Positions 28,438 to 38,093 of a stretch of DNA of 64,000 bases are shown piece after piece. The notes beneath the pieces were generated by a model. That model was not told the origin of the DNA, searched no databases, and saw only the letters and a list, made by a program, of their open reading frames with translations. This stretch comes from Clostridia bacterium (GTDB lineage: Bacteria; Bacillota; Clostridia; Christensenellales; Aristaeellaceae). Location: assembly GCA_017396845.1 (NCBI GenBank), contig JAFQKQ010000107.1, positions 3,453 to 67,452 on the forward strand, in the 5' to 3' direction. The position numbers were made by a program, and so were the translations under genes. Positions within the stretch are counted from its first letter, which is position 1, and every line of letters starts with the position of its first letter.

Positions 28438-29748
28438 ATGCCGAAAATTACCTTTATGGGCGCAGGTTCCACCGTATTTGCCAAGAACGTGCTGGGTGAC
28501 AGCATGGTAACGCCTTCCCTCGCAGAGAGTGTTATCGCTCTTTACGACATCGACGCCGAGCGCCTTCGCGAGAGCGAATTAATGCTCAGCGCCATCAACA
28601 ACAACCTCGGCAACAAAGCGAAAATCGAAACCTATCTGGGCGTAGAAAACCGCAAGGCCGCGCTTCAGAGCGCGAACTATGTTGTAAACGCCATTCAGGT
28701 CGGCGGTTACGATCCCTGCACGATCATCGACTTTGAAATCCCGAAAAAATTCGGCCTTCGCCAGACCATCGCCGACACCCTCGGCATCGGCGGTATTTTC
28801 AGAGCCCTGCGCACCATCCCCGTAATGCTGGATTTTGCCAAGGACATGGAAGAAGTATGCCCGAATGCGTGGCTGCTTAACTACACCAACCCCATGGCCA
28901 TGCTGACGGGCGCCATGCTTCGCATGACGAACGTTAAGACCGTCGGTCTTTGCCACAGCGTACAGGCCTGCGCGCCGGGACTTCTGCGCGAGCTCGGCAT
29001 GGAATACGACGACTCCGTGCAGTGGAAAATCGCCGGCATCAACCATATGGCATGGCTGCTCGAGATCACGAAGGACGGCGTAGATCTGTATCCCGAGATC
29101 AAGAAGCGCGCCATCGAAAAGAACAAGGAAAAGCACGGCGATATGGTGCGCCTGGAAATGATGCGCCGCTTCGGCTACTACATCACCGAATCCAGCGAGC
29201 ACAACAGCGAATACACCCCGTGGTTCATTAAGACGAAATATCCGGAGCTGATCGATCAGTTCAATATCCCGCTGGATGAATATCCCCGCCGCTGCATCCG
29301 CCAGATTGAAGACTGGAAGAAGCGCCGCGACACGCTGATCAACGATCCGCACCTGACCCATACGCGCACCCACGAGTACGCCTCCTACATCATGGAAGCT
29401 ATGGAGACCAATAAGCCCTACAAGATCGGCGGAAACGTACTCAATAACGGCATCATTTCGAACCTCCCCAGAAACGCCTGCGTCGAGGTTCCCTGCCTCG
29501 TAGATAAAAGCGGCGTAACGCCGTGCTTCATCGGCGATCTTCCCGAGCAGTGCGCGGCGCTCAACCGCACCAACATCAACGTTCAGCTCCTCACCATCGA
29601 AGCCGCGCGCACCCTTAAGAAGGATTACATCTATCAGGCCGCGCTGCTTGATCCGCACACCGCCAGCGAGCTTTCCATCGACGACATCATCAAAATGTGC
29701 GACGCTTTGATCGAGGCGCACGAAGGCTGGATTCCGAAGTTCAACTAA
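28438..29748 (+). CDS. GH4 family NAD/Mn-dependent glycosidase (alpha-galactosidase/alpha-glucosidase type)
   Basis: The N-terminal NAD motif is KITFMGAGSTVFAKNV, and the central region ...NYTNPMAM..GLCHS... is typical of GH4. Confidence 0.85.
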   Translation: MPKITFMGAGSTVFAKNVLGDSMVTPSLAESVIALYDIDAERLRESELMLSAINNNLGNKAKIETYLGVENRKAALQSANYVVNAIQVGGYDPCTIIDFEIPKKFGLRQTIADTLGIGGIFRALRTIPVMLDFAKDMEEVCPNAWLLNYTNPMAMLTGAMLRMTNVKTVGLCHSVQACAPGLLRELGMEYDDSVQWKIAGINHMAWLLEITKDGVDLYPEIKKRAIEKNKEKHGDMVRLEMMRRFGYYITESSEHNSEYTPWFIKTKYPELIDQFNIPLDEYPRRCIRQIEDWKKRRDTLINDPHLTHTRTHEYASYIMEAMETNKPYKIGGNVLNNGIISNLPRNACVEVPCLVDKSGVTPCFIGDLPEQCAALNRTNINVQLLTIEAARTLKKDYIYQAALLDPHTASELSIDDIIKMCDALIEAHEGWIPKFN

Positions 29749-29786
29749 CGCGCAAATCCGGCAATAAAACCGATATGTAAAAACAA

Positions 29787-29822
29787 ACGCGGGCAGACGG
29801 AGCAAAAAGCCGTCTCCCGCGT
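29787..29822. terminator. bidirectional terminator hairpin between convergent genes
   Basis: The hairpin is ACGCGGGCAGACGG...CCGTCTCCCGCGT with one bulge. Confidence 0.6.
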
Positions 29823-29827
29823 TGGCT

Positions 29828-30049
29828 TTATTCCCGAGAAGAGCGTGCGCCGGACGAAGGAACCTTGTCCTTGAAAAGCAAAGAAATGCACCAAAGTCCC
29901 GCAATGCCTACCACGGTGTAGATGATTCTTGAAATTGTGCTCGCCTGTCCGCCAAAGATAAAGGCGACAAGATCAAACTGAAAAAGACCCACCAGCAGCC
30001 AGTTGATCGCGCCGATAATCGTAACGACCAGCGAAGTGTTATCAAGCAT
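29828..30049 (-). CDS. DUF378-family small membrane protein
   Basis: IIGAINWLLVGLFQFDLVAFIFGG is the DUF378 signature. The start is the ATG at 30049, after AGGAGGG. Confidence 0.75.
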   Translation of the reverse strand: MLDNTSLVVTIIGAINWLLVGLFQFDLVAFIFGGQASTISRIIYTVVGIAGLWCISLLFKDKVPSSGARSSRE

Positions 30050-30249
30050 TTGATTTCCCTCCTTTTTTCCGCCTTTCGGCGTATGAGAGTATTGTTGACA
30101 AAAGGAAGAAAAAACATACCCCGAATACAAACATTTTTTTGCATTCTCCGCTGATCAGGGATACCAATTTCCGATAAGATATGGTATACTTATGCTATTG
30201 TACTATGCATGTGACAATTCGCTTGCATTTGAGGGAGGATTTGATTTTT

Positions 30250-33081
30250 ATGAAAAAGGCGCTCACGGTTGTGCTGTCAATTCTGCTCGCTCTCTCCATT
30301 GCCGGAAATGCATTTTTGTTTGTAAGATACTCAAATGAAAACAAAAACGCGGTGAAACTTTCGGAGGAGCTTCGCGCAGCGGAGGCAGAATTTTCCGATT
30401 CACACGTTGAGATCGAATCTTTGAATCAAACAATTCAGGAAAAGGATGAGCAGTACCAGCAGGCTCTGACTCAGCTTGCTCTTCTGGATGAACAGAACAT
30501 CGGTCTGAACGCCGATATTCAGAGTATCAGCCAGGAGCTTGACAGCGCGAAAAACGAGCTCAGTCAGTATACCGAAGAGAAAACGGACTTCGAAGCGGCC
30601 ATTCAGGCGCTCGAATCCTCCAATCAGGAAAATCTGACCGAAATCGGTCGTCTGAGCAGCGTGATCCAGGAATTGGAAGACAGCGCGGTTCAGACCGCCG
30701 AAGCGTTCGAGGCGCTTGCAAAGGAAAACGAAGAATCCGCAAGCAAAAACTCTCTTCTTGCAGATGAAAACGCCAAGCTTGCAAGCGAAAACGAAGCGCT
30801 CAAAAAGGACGCCGAAGCGCGCGACGAGCAGATTTCCCTCCTGACAAGCGAAATTGCGCAGCTTGAAGATGAGCGCGACGCCCTTGGTGTTTCCCTTTCC
30901 GCTTTGACGGGCGAAAACGAAGCATACGCCGAAAAGGCGACGCAGGATCAGTTGAATTATGCAAATCTTCAGAAAAAATACGACGAGCTCACGCTGAGCG
31001 CCTCCGAAATCAAAACCTCCCTTGACGCGCAGAAGAAAGCCTATGAGCAGCTCAAGATCAGCTACGATGAAAGCGTACAGCTGCTGAGCGAATCCAACGA
31101 AAAAGTACATACCCTTCAGGCGGACGTAGAAGCAGCCAGATCGACCTCGGAACAGCTGAAAGCCGACATCGCAGGTCTTCAGGCGGCGCTTCAGACGGAA
31201 ACGCAGAATTCCGAGCAGCTGCTCAGCGATGTAAACGAAATTCTCGCAGGGGCGTCCAATGTATCCGACTTCCTCAGCTCCATCTCCGGAAACGTAACGG
31301 AAGCTACCGACTCCCTCGCGATGACCGTAGAGGGTATCTCCAGCGTTACCAAGGAAATCACCGATGAAAACAGCAAAAATGCAAATGCAACCGTTCAGGA
31401 AGTGCAGCTGGATCTTGCAAAGACCTGTGCGCTGATTGAAGAACTCAAAGAAAGCGGCGCTATCGCCGCAGAGACGGCTGCAGATCTCAGCGTGCAGCTG
31501 AAGGCCGTTTCCGACCGTCTGAGCGCTTCTGAAGGCGGCGAAGGCAGCGAAGACCTCGCATCCGCCATCGACGGCATGGGCGGCGCGCTGGGCTCCTCCA
31601 AGGAAACCATCGATCAGCTTATCGCGCTCACCAAGTCCCTCTCCGAAAACAGCGGCGCGCTTTCCGATCAGCTGGAAAGCGAAGGCGGCAACGCAGATTC
31701 CCTCAAAGCACAGTTAGACCAGATTATCGCCTCTCTTTCCGAGACTGAAAAGGCGCTTGAAAGCGCTCTGAGCGCACAGGAAGCCACCAATCAGGAATTT
31801 GACCAGCTGAAGGCCGAGTTGAATGCGCGCACGGGCGAGCTGGACACCGCAAAGCAGGAAATCTACAGCCTGCAGGCAACGCTGACCGCCAAGAACGTAG
31901 AGCTTGAAAACGTAAATCAGGCGCTCGAAAGCGCACAGAACTCCTACAGCGAAGCCGATCAGGCGCTTACCGAAAGCAAGAATCTGGTTAGCGAAATGGA
32001 GGCAAAGCTTGCCAAGAGCCAGGAAGCGCTCGACAGCACTTCAGAAAAGCTCGCCGCTTCCGAAGACGCGCTTTTGAGAGCCGAAACCGCGCTGAAGGCG
32101 GCTGAAGCTCTGAACGCAGAGAAGGACGAAAAGATTCTTGCCCTCACCGAGGAAAACGAAAGCGAAAAGGCGAAGAACGCCGAAACCGAGAAGAAGCTTT
32201 TCGATACCGAAAACGCGCTGAGCGAAACCGAAGGCAAGCTCGCTTCCGCCGAGAACGCACTGAGCGAAACCAAAGACAAGCTCGCTTCTACTGAGAACAC
32301 GCTCAGCGTTACCGAAGACAAGCTCGCTTCTACTGAGAACACGCTCAGCGTTACCGAAGACAAGCTCGCTTCTACTGAGAACACGCTCAGCGTTACCGAA
32401 GACAAGCTCGCTTCTACCGAAGATGCGCTCAAGGCTGCCGAAGGCAAGCTGGCGGAAACCGAGGATACGCTTGCAAAGACCCAGACCGCTCTGGCCGGTA
32501 CGCAGGACGAGCTCAGTTCAGCGAAGACCACCCTTGAAAACACCGAAAACGAGCTCAGCGACACCGTAAGCGCACTGAATGCAACGGAGCAGGCGCTTAG
32601 CGAAAGCGAACAGGCGCTGAAGGAAACGCGCGAGACGCTCGCAGATACGGAGAATCTGCTCAAGGATACCCAGGACAGGCTTTCCGAAACGGAAGCGAAG
32701 CTTGCCTCCACCTCCGACGCGCTTTCCAAGTCCGAACGCGAATTGAGCGCGCTTCTCAACAAGAGACCGAGCGCCGCAGAAGAAAGCGCCATCATTTCCA
32801 CGCCCGTACAGGCGATTGCGTTTGACGAAACCGGCCTCACCGGCGCTTTCGAAATCGTAAACAAGGGCCCGGATGCCAGAACCTTCCTTCTGGAGCTGGT
32901 AGATGAAGACGGAAACGTTCTCTATTCCAAAAAGATCTACCGCAACAACACGCTTTCCGAAATCGTACTTACGGAAGCGCCCGACGCAGATGCAGATTAC
33001 TTCATCCGCTATACCTACTACGACAACCGCGGAAAGCTTGAAAGCAGCATCACCACGCCGGTTACGATTATCTTCTCCTGA
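30250..33081 (+). CDS. large membrane-anchored coiled-coil protein with a repetitive 14-aa module region and a C-terminal beta-rich domain
   Basis: The start is the ATG at 30250, after GGGAGGA. The N-terminal TM helix is ALTVVLSILLALSIAGNAFLFV. About 800 aa of E/K/L/A/S-rich heptad-like sequence follows, then about 120 aa that are not coiled coil. Confidence 0.8.
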   Translation: MKKALTVVLSILLALSIAGNAFLFVRYSNENKNAVKLSEELRAAEAEFSDSHVEIESLNQTIQEKDEQYQQALTQLALLDEQNIGLNADIQSISQELDSAKNELSQYTEEKTDFEAAIQALESSNQENLTEIGRLSSVIQELEDSAVQTAEAFEALAKENEESASKNSLLADENAKLASENEALKKDAEARDEQISLLTSEIAQLEDERDALGVSLSALTGENEAYAEKATQDQLNYANLQKKYDELTLSASEIKTSLDAQKKAYEQLKISYDESVQLLSESNEKVHTLQADVEAARSTSEQLKADIAGLQAALQTETQNSEQLLSDVNEILAGASNVSDFLSSISGNVTEATDSLAMTVEGISSVTKEITDENSKNANATVQEVQLDLAKTCALIEELKESGAIAAETAADLSVQLKAVSDRLSASEGGEGSEDLASAIDGMGGALGSSKETIDQLIALTKSLSENSGALSDQLESEGGNADSLKAQLDQIIASLSETEKALESALSAQEATNQEFDQLKAELNARTGELDTAKQEIYSLQATLTAKNVELENVNQALESAQNSYSEADQALTESKNLVSEMEAKLAKSQEALDSTSEKLAASEDALLRAETALKAAEALNAEKDEKILALTEENESEKAKNAETEKKLFDTENALSETEGKLASAENALSETKDKLASTENTLSVTEDKLASTENTLSVTEDKLASTENTLSVTEDKLASTEDALKAAEGKLAETEDTLAKTQTALAGTQDELSSAKTTLENTENELSDTVSALNATEQALSESEQALKETRETLADTENLLKDTQDRLSETEAKLASTSDALSKSERELSALLNKRPSAAEESAIISTPVQAIAFDETGLTGAFEIVNKGPDARTFLLELVDEDGNVLYSKKIYRNNTLSEIVLTEAPDADADYFIRYTYYDNRGKLESSITTPVTIIFS
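32275..32418 (+). repeat. perfect 42-bp tandem repeat (3 full copies plus a partial fourth) inside the coiled-coil gene
   Basis: The unit GACAAGCTCGCTTCTACTGAGAACACGCTCAGCGTTACCGAA occurs at 32275, 32317 and 32359. It encodes DKLASTENTLSVTE three times. Degenerate copies flank it. Confidence 0.95.
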
Positions 33082-33097
33082 TCCCCATTTGATCAAT

Positions 33098-33132
33098 ACT
33101 GCCGCGGCAAGCAAGCTGCGGCAGTTGTATTT
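33098..33132 (+). terminator. rho-independent terminator after the coiled-coil gene
   Basis: The hairpin ACTGCCGC...GCGGCAGT is followed by TGTATTTT. Confidence 0.6.
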
Positions 33133-33152
33133 TAAGCTAAAGGAGTTTTCCC

Positions 33153-33914
33153 ATGAAGACGCTTTTGAATCAGCCCTATGACAGCCGCGAAAACGCACTT
33201 TTTGATTTATATCTGCCGGACGATCCCGCTTCCTGCCGTTTTGCCGTTATCTGGTTTTACGGCGGCGGCCTTGTAAACGGGCGAAAGGAGGATTATGCAT
33301 TCCTTGCCCCGTCTCTCACCTCCAGAGGAATCACGCTGGCGCTTCCCAATTACCGGCTGATGCCCGAATTTTCCTACCCCGCCTTTATACAGGACGCAGC
33401 CAAATCCGTTTTCGCCGTCCGCAGCGCGCTTTCGTCCCTTTCCGTTGACGCATCTCTCATCGCAGGCGGTTCTTCGGCCGGCGCATATCTTTCCATGATG
33501 CTCTGCTTTGATTCCTCCTATCTCGCGGCGGAAAATCTTACCCCGTCGGATATTCAGGGCTACTTATTTAATTCCGGTCAGCCCACGGCGCATTTCGGCA
33601 TATTGAAATCTAAAGGAATCGATGAAAGACGCATCATTATTGACGACACAAGCGCCCTCTATCATGTAGACGAATCCATCCCCCGGCGGCCAATGCTCCT
33701 TTTGCTCGCCGAAAACGATATGCCTTCCCGCGTCACGCAAAACCGCCTGCTTCATGAAACGCTTCTCCGCTTCGGCGCGGATGAAAAGAAAACCGAAATC
33801 GAAATTCTGCCCGGCTTCGGTCACTGCGGATACGACAAAATGAAGGAGGACGACGGCGAATACATACTCGCAAAGCGAATCCTTCACCTGATCGATTTAA
33901 TTGTAAGCGCCTGA
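33153..33914 (+). CDS. alpha/beta hydrolase (esterase/lipase, HSL-like)
   Basis: The oxyanion-type motif is FYGGG, the nucleophile elbow is GGSSAGA (GxSxG) and the C-terminal GHCG holds a His. Confidence 0.8.
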   Translation: MKTLLNQPYDSRENALFDLYLPDDPASCRFAVIWFYGGGLVNGRKEDYAFLAPSLTSRGITLALPNYRLMPEFSYPAFIQDAAKSVFAVRSALSSLSVDASLIAGGSSAGAYLSMMLCFDSSYLAAENLTPSDIQGYLFNSGQPTAHFGILKSKGIDERRIIIDDTSALYHVDESIPRRPMLLLLAENDMPSRVTQNRLLHETLLRFGADEKKTEIEILPGFGHCGYDKMKEDDGEYILAKRILHLIDLIVSA

Positions 33915-33997
33915 CATACGCCCTTTTTATTTTTTCGGCAGGAATTTTTCATCCGTCAGTCGAATTGATATACGATTATCGAAAAGAGGTACTTATC

Positions 33998-34543
33998 ATG
34001 ACAGACGATAAACTGACCGAAGTGATCGGCGCCAAAAAACCGATTTATAAAGGAAAAATACTGAATGTACAGGAGTGGACGGTCACTCTTCCAAACGGCG
34101 CAGAGGCCATGCGCGAGGTGGCGCTGCATATCGGCGCAAGCGCGGTGATCCCGGTGGATAAAGAGGGCTATACGTACTTTGTAAAGCAGTTCCGAACGCC
34201 CTTTGAACGGGTATTTCTGGAGGTTCCCGCCGGAAAACTGGATTATGCAGGCGAGAACAGGCTGGAAGCCGCCAAGCGCGAGCTTCGCGAGGAAACCGGC
34301 TTTACCGCCGAAAAATGGACGCATCTCATCGATCTTTCCACAACGCCCGGCTTCAGCAATGAGGTAATCTCTTTGTATCTTGCCGAAGAGCTTACGCTCG
34401 GCGAAACCGATCCGGATGAAGATGAGTTTATCGACCTTGTAAAGCTGAAATTCGAAGACGCCGTAAAGCTGGTGACGGAAGGCAAAATCACCGACGCCAA
34501 AACCGCTGTCTGCGTACTCCTTGCAGATCAGCACATGCACTAA
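33998..34543 (+). CDS. NUDIX hydrolase (ADP-ribose pyrophosphatase-like)
   Basis: The Nudix box is GKLDYAGENRLEAAKRELREETGF. The start is the ATG at 33998, after AAGAGG. Confidence 0.85.
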   Translation: MTDDKLTEVIGAKKPIYKGKILNVQEWTVTLPNGAEAMREVALHIGASAVIPVDKEGYTYFVKQFRTPFERVFLEVPAGKLDYAGENRLEAAKRELREETGFTAEKWTHLIDLSTTPGFSNEVISLYLAEELTLGETDPDEDEFIDLVKLKFEDAVKLVTEGKITDAKTAVCVLLADQHMH

Positions 34544-34562
34544 AGGAAAGAGGAAAACGATC

Positions 34563-36296
34563 ATGCTGATGAAGCTCGCGTGCGACTGGTTTCTCACGGA
34601 CGGAATCCTTACAGACGTGCGTCTGGGCGCGCCGATGCGCGTCATGGACGCGCTCAAGAGAACCGGCGTGATTTCCGATGACGATACCATTCCCGCACGC
34701 ATGAAAAACGAATGGGCGTTTCGTCGCACATGGCGCTATTATACAAGGTTTACCGCGCCGGAAAGCGCGCTCTCGCGCCGCTTTTTCATCGCCGAAGGGC
34801 TGTCCGGAACATGGAAGGTATCGGTAAACGGTCAGGAGCTTATAAAGGGCAGCGGCCAGCGGCTGGAAGAAGAAGTAACGCTCATGCTGGCCGCCGGCGA
34901 AAACCTCGCAGAAATTGAGTTTATGCCCGCAGAAAATGAAGACGCGGTATATGAATCCGGCTTTTTCGGGCAGGTGTTCATGCGCATCACAGGCGACAGC
35001 GAAATAGAAGAAATGCATGCCGAAGTTATCCCGGGCGAAGGCATATCTCCGAAGCTCAGGATCAACGCGCTCCGCTCCGAGAACGCGCTTCTAAACTGTC
35101 TTCTTTGCATCGCGGGAAAATCGTATGAAAAGTCAACGGACGTATCCTTGCTCCCCGGAAACAACGAGTTCGCCTTTGATACCATTCCCTGCGAAACGAA
35201 GGGCCAAAAGTACTCTCTCACCGTCCGCATAAAAAACAAGGACGGCGTTTCCTTGGATGAACAAACGACCTCGGGATATATATCCCACCAATCGTTCCCC
35301 ATGCGCGGTTTTCAGACATTCGACGCATTCGATATGTCCTTGTCCCAGCGCACCGGCGCAAACTGCGCGTATTTCAAGCCCTCCCCCCGCCTTATGTCGC
35401 TTGCGGCAGATCGCATGCTGACCGCAAAAGAGGACGCCTCCGCATTATATGAAGCGCGTCCGGCTTCGCAGCGCACGGATACGCTTTCCGCGCTTACCGG
35501 AGACGATCCTTCCCTGTTTGAAGAAGGAAAGCTTTTCCGTGTAAGCGGCGTTAAGGAAACCGCGTTTCACGATCTTTACGCCCTTGCGGGCGACAAAAAA
35601 ACCGACGCGGAATTCATACTCGGCCTTTCCCGCTACATTCAGGCGGTATCCCTTCGAAAAGATGCGGAGAACGCGCGCAGAAAAGGCGCGGACTTTATCG
35701 TAACCGGCGTTCGCCATCATACGCCCCGCGCAGTATCAAGCGCTTTGTTCGATTCGGACGACCGCCCGCGCCCGGCATATTTCGCTCTGGCAAACGCATG
35801 GAAAAGCGTTCACGCCTTTGTTTCCGAAGGCGATTTGAGCGCGGAAGACGGAATACTGGCGCTTCCCGTGTATTTCGTTTCCGATCATCCGCAGGACGAG
35901 GTATATACGGTAAACGCGAAGGCCTATGCCATCGACGGACGCGAATTATTAAGCGCCAATTTCCCAGCCCTTGGAAACAGCGCGGACGCCATTGGCCGCC
36001 TGTGTACAGAGCTTCCCGAAGACGGTCTGCTTGCCGTCAGAGTGCGCGTGCTTCTTTCAGAAAGCGTAATCTCTTCATCCGATTACCTTTTCTCATACAA
36101 GGACGGCGCAATCGGGGATATCAGGAGCACGCAGCTGCTCCTTCGCGGAAACACGCTTGAAAACGCCGGAAGCACCTGCGCCGTCGGCGTCAGCATTCCC
36201 GGCGCGGATTATTTCGGCATCCTGCTTCCCGGAGAAAAAATCACGATTCCTGACGGAAAACCTAATCGGGCCGAAGGCCTGAATGTGATATATTAG
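34563..36296 (+). CDS. GH2 (beta-mannosidase)-like protein, apparently without a recognisable catalytic barrel; function uncertain
   Basis: The N-terminus W.L.....V..PM.V.D.L...G.I.D......NEWA..R.W.Y...F resembles the GH2 sugar-binding domain. At 577 aa it is much shorter than GH2 beta-mannosidases. The start is the ATG at 34563, after AAGAGGAAAA. Confidence 0.6.
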   Translation: MLMKLACDWFLTDGILTDVRLGAPMRVMDALKRTGVISDDDTIPARMKNEWAFRRTWRYYTRFTAPESALSRRFFIAEGLSGTWKVSVNGQELIKGSGQRLEEEVTLMLAAGENLAEIEFMPAENEDAVYESGFFGQVFMRITGDSEIEEMHAEVIPGEGISPKLRINALRSENALLNCLLCIAGKSYEKSTDVSLLPGNNEFAFDTIPCETKGQKYSLTVRIKNKDGVSLDEQTTSGYISHQSFPMRGFQTFDAFDMSLSQRTGANCAYFKPSPRLMSLAADRMLTAKEDASALYEARPASQRTDTLSALTGDDPSLFEEGKLFRVSGVKETAFHDLYALAGDKKTDAEFILGLSRYIQAVSLRKDAENARRKGADFIVTGVRHHTPRAVSSALFDSDDRPRPAYFALANAWKSVHAFVSEGDLSAEDGILALPVYFVSDHPQDEVYTVNAKAYAIDGRELLSANFPALGNSADAIGRLCTELPEDGLLAVRVRVLLSESVISSSDYLFSYKDGAIGDIRSTQLLLRGNTLENAGSTCAVGVSIPGADYFGILLPGEKITIPDGKPNRAEGLNVIY

Positions 36297-36309
36297 GAGG
36301 CTTGCATTT

Positions 36310-37347
36310 ATGGAAAAAATCAAAGTGGCCATTGTCGGCGCAGGCAACATCGCCCAGAGCGCGCATCTTCCCGCCTATCAGAAGCGCACAGACGTAGAAA
36401 TCACCGGCATTGCCGATCTGAATCTGGAGCGCGCACAGCAGGCGGCAAAAGCTTTCGGCATTCCCAAGGCGTTTTCTTCCATTGAAGAAATGCTCGAAAA
36501 TGTAGAATGCGATTACGTGGATATCTGCGTATGGAACCGTTCGCATTCCTCCTGCGCCATCGCGGCGGCGCGCGCGGGAAAGCATATCCTGTGCGAAAAA
36601 CCCATGGCTCTCAATCTTGAGCATGCGCTTCAGATGAAGGAAGAAATCGAAAAAGCGGGCGTAACCTTTATGCTCGCCGTTCCCACCCGCTATTCCGGCG
36701 AAGCGCAGCTTTTGCGCGAAATGGTAGACGCGGGCAAGCTGGGCGATATTTACTACGCCAAAACCGCCTATACGCGCCGCCGCGGAACTCCGATCGGCTG
36801 GTTCACCGACACCTCCAAATCCGGCGGCGGCCCGGTCATCGATATCGGCGTTCACTGCATCGACCGCACCTGGTTCCTGATGGGCAATCCCAAGCCCGTC
36901 CGCGTAAGCGCCTCCACCTCCTATGCCATCGGCGACTTCAAAACCCGCGGCGTAAAGCGCTGGGCGGCTCTCGACAGCGACGTAACCGCCTTTGACACCG
37001 AAGACAGCGCATGCGGCGTTGTACACTTTGAAAACGGCGCGGCAATGACCTTTGAAGTCAGCTGGGCGCTGAATGCTCCGGGCGAAACCTATACCCAGAT
37101 CTGCGGCTCCAAGGCCGGTGCAAGACTGGATCCTCTGACCATTTACGGCGAGGAAATGGGCTTCTTAACCGACAATCAGCCCAAAGCCGCCGAGGAAAAT
37201 ATCTTCTCCGCCGAAATCGAGCACTTCATCGACTGCCTGCGCACCGGCAAAAAGCCGATCAGCGACCTCGATCAGGCCGTCACCATGCAGCGCATACTTC
37301 AGGGCATTTATGATTCCGCCCGCCTTGGCAAGGAAGTCGAAATTTAA
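36310..37347 (+). CDS. Gfo/Idh/MocA family oxidoreductase
   Basis: The Rossmann motif is KVAIVGAGNIAQ, and EKP is present (LCEKPMA). Confidence 0.85.
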   Translation: MEKIKVAIVGAGNIAQSAHLPAYQKRTDVEITGIADLNLERAQQAAKAFGIPKAFSSIEEMLENVECDYVDICVWNRSHSSCAIAAARAGKHILCEKPMALNLEHALQMKEEIEKAGVTFMLAVPTRYSGEAQLLREMVDAGKLGDIYYAKTAYTRRRGTPIGWFTDTSKSGGGPVIDIGVHCIDRTWFLMGNPKPVRVSASTSYAIGDFKTRGVKRWAALDSDVTAFDTEDSACGVVHFENGAAMTFEVSWALNAPGETYTQICGSKAGARLDPLTIYGEEMGFLTDNQPKAAEENIFSAEIEHFIDCLRTGKKPISDLDQAVTMQRILQGIYDSARLGKEVEI

Positions 37348-37910
37348 TGTTTGAGGATTCTCTGTTTGATCAAATGCCGCGCATCGAAACGGACAGGCTG
37401 GTTTTACGCAAGCTTGAGATGCGCGACGCGCCGGATATGTTCGAATACAGCCGCGATCCGCTTGTGGCCAAGCACGTCCTTTGGGATGCGCAGACCTCGG
37501 TGAGCGAATCGCGGGGCTATATTCGCTATATGCTCCGCAAATACCGTTCAGGCGAGCCGTCCAGCTGGGGCATTGAAGAAAAAGCCTCCGGCAAAATCAT
37601 CGGCACCATCGGCTACATGTGGTATCAACGAGAAAACAATTCGTGTGAGGTGGGCTATTCGCTCGCCCGCGCTCATTGGGGCAGAGGCTACATGACCGAA
37701 GCGCTGAAAGCCGTTATCGCTTACAGCTTTAAAACGCTCCGCATTCACAGAGTCGAAGCGCAGCATGAAACCGATAACCTGGCCTCCGGGCGGGTAATGG
37801 AAAAATGCGGCATGACCAAAGAAGGCACACTGAGGGGACGGCTGTACAACAAAGGCAAATATGTAGATGTCCACGTGTATTCCATACTGAGAGAGGAATA
37901 CAAGAAGTAG
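37347..37910 (+). CDS. GNAT family N-acetyltransferase (RimJ/RimL-like)
   Basis: ETDRLVLRKLEMRDA... and WGRGYMTEALKAVIAY are present. The start overlaps the upstream stop as TAATG. Confidence 0.85.
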   Translation: MFEDSLFDQMPRIETDRLVLRKLEMRDAPDMFEYSRDPLVAKHVLWDAQTSVSESRGYIRYMLRKYRSGEPSSWGIEEKASGKIIGTIGYMWYQRENNSCEVGYSLARAHWGRGYMTEALKAVIAYSFKTLRIHRVEAQHETDNLASGRVMEKCGMTKEGTLRGRLYNKGKYVDVHVYSILREEYKK

Positions 37911-38030
37911 TTTGAACGGCCGGAACCTGCAGCGCAATAAAAAACCCGCAGGTATCCCGCCCCGCGTTTCCTGACAATTCATTTTTTCCTTTACGCAATC
38001 AGTAAACACATTGCGCGGCATCCAATTCAA

Positions 38031-38068
38031 AACGGCGCACAGGCTCATTCAAGCCCATGCGCCGTTTT
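38031..38068. terminator. bidirectional terminator between the GNAT gene and potD
   Basis: The hairpin AACGGCGCA...TGCGCCGTT has A-run and T-run flanks. Confidence 0.6.
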
Positions 38069-38093
38069 ATTATGCTGTAATGCTTTTATCGCT

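Noticed and set aside
28579-29904. A 441-aa antisense ORF over the GH4 gene. Similar long antisense ORFs occur at 1431-2375, 2783-4162, 16444-17643, 25889-27043, 56253-57293 and 59684-61105.
   Set aside because: - All of them overlap confidently identified genes.
- Most share the sense gene's triplet boundaries. 59684-61105 does so only over its GNAT-DUF3788 portion.
- Their translations are Arg/Gly/His-rich with no motifs, which marks them as shadow ORFs.
31959-32864. A 301-aa Ser-rich minus-strand ORF.
   Set aside because: - It is antisense to the repetitive coiled-coil region.
- Its Ser/Ala/Phe-rich periodic sequence mirrors the sense repeats.
- It has no start context.
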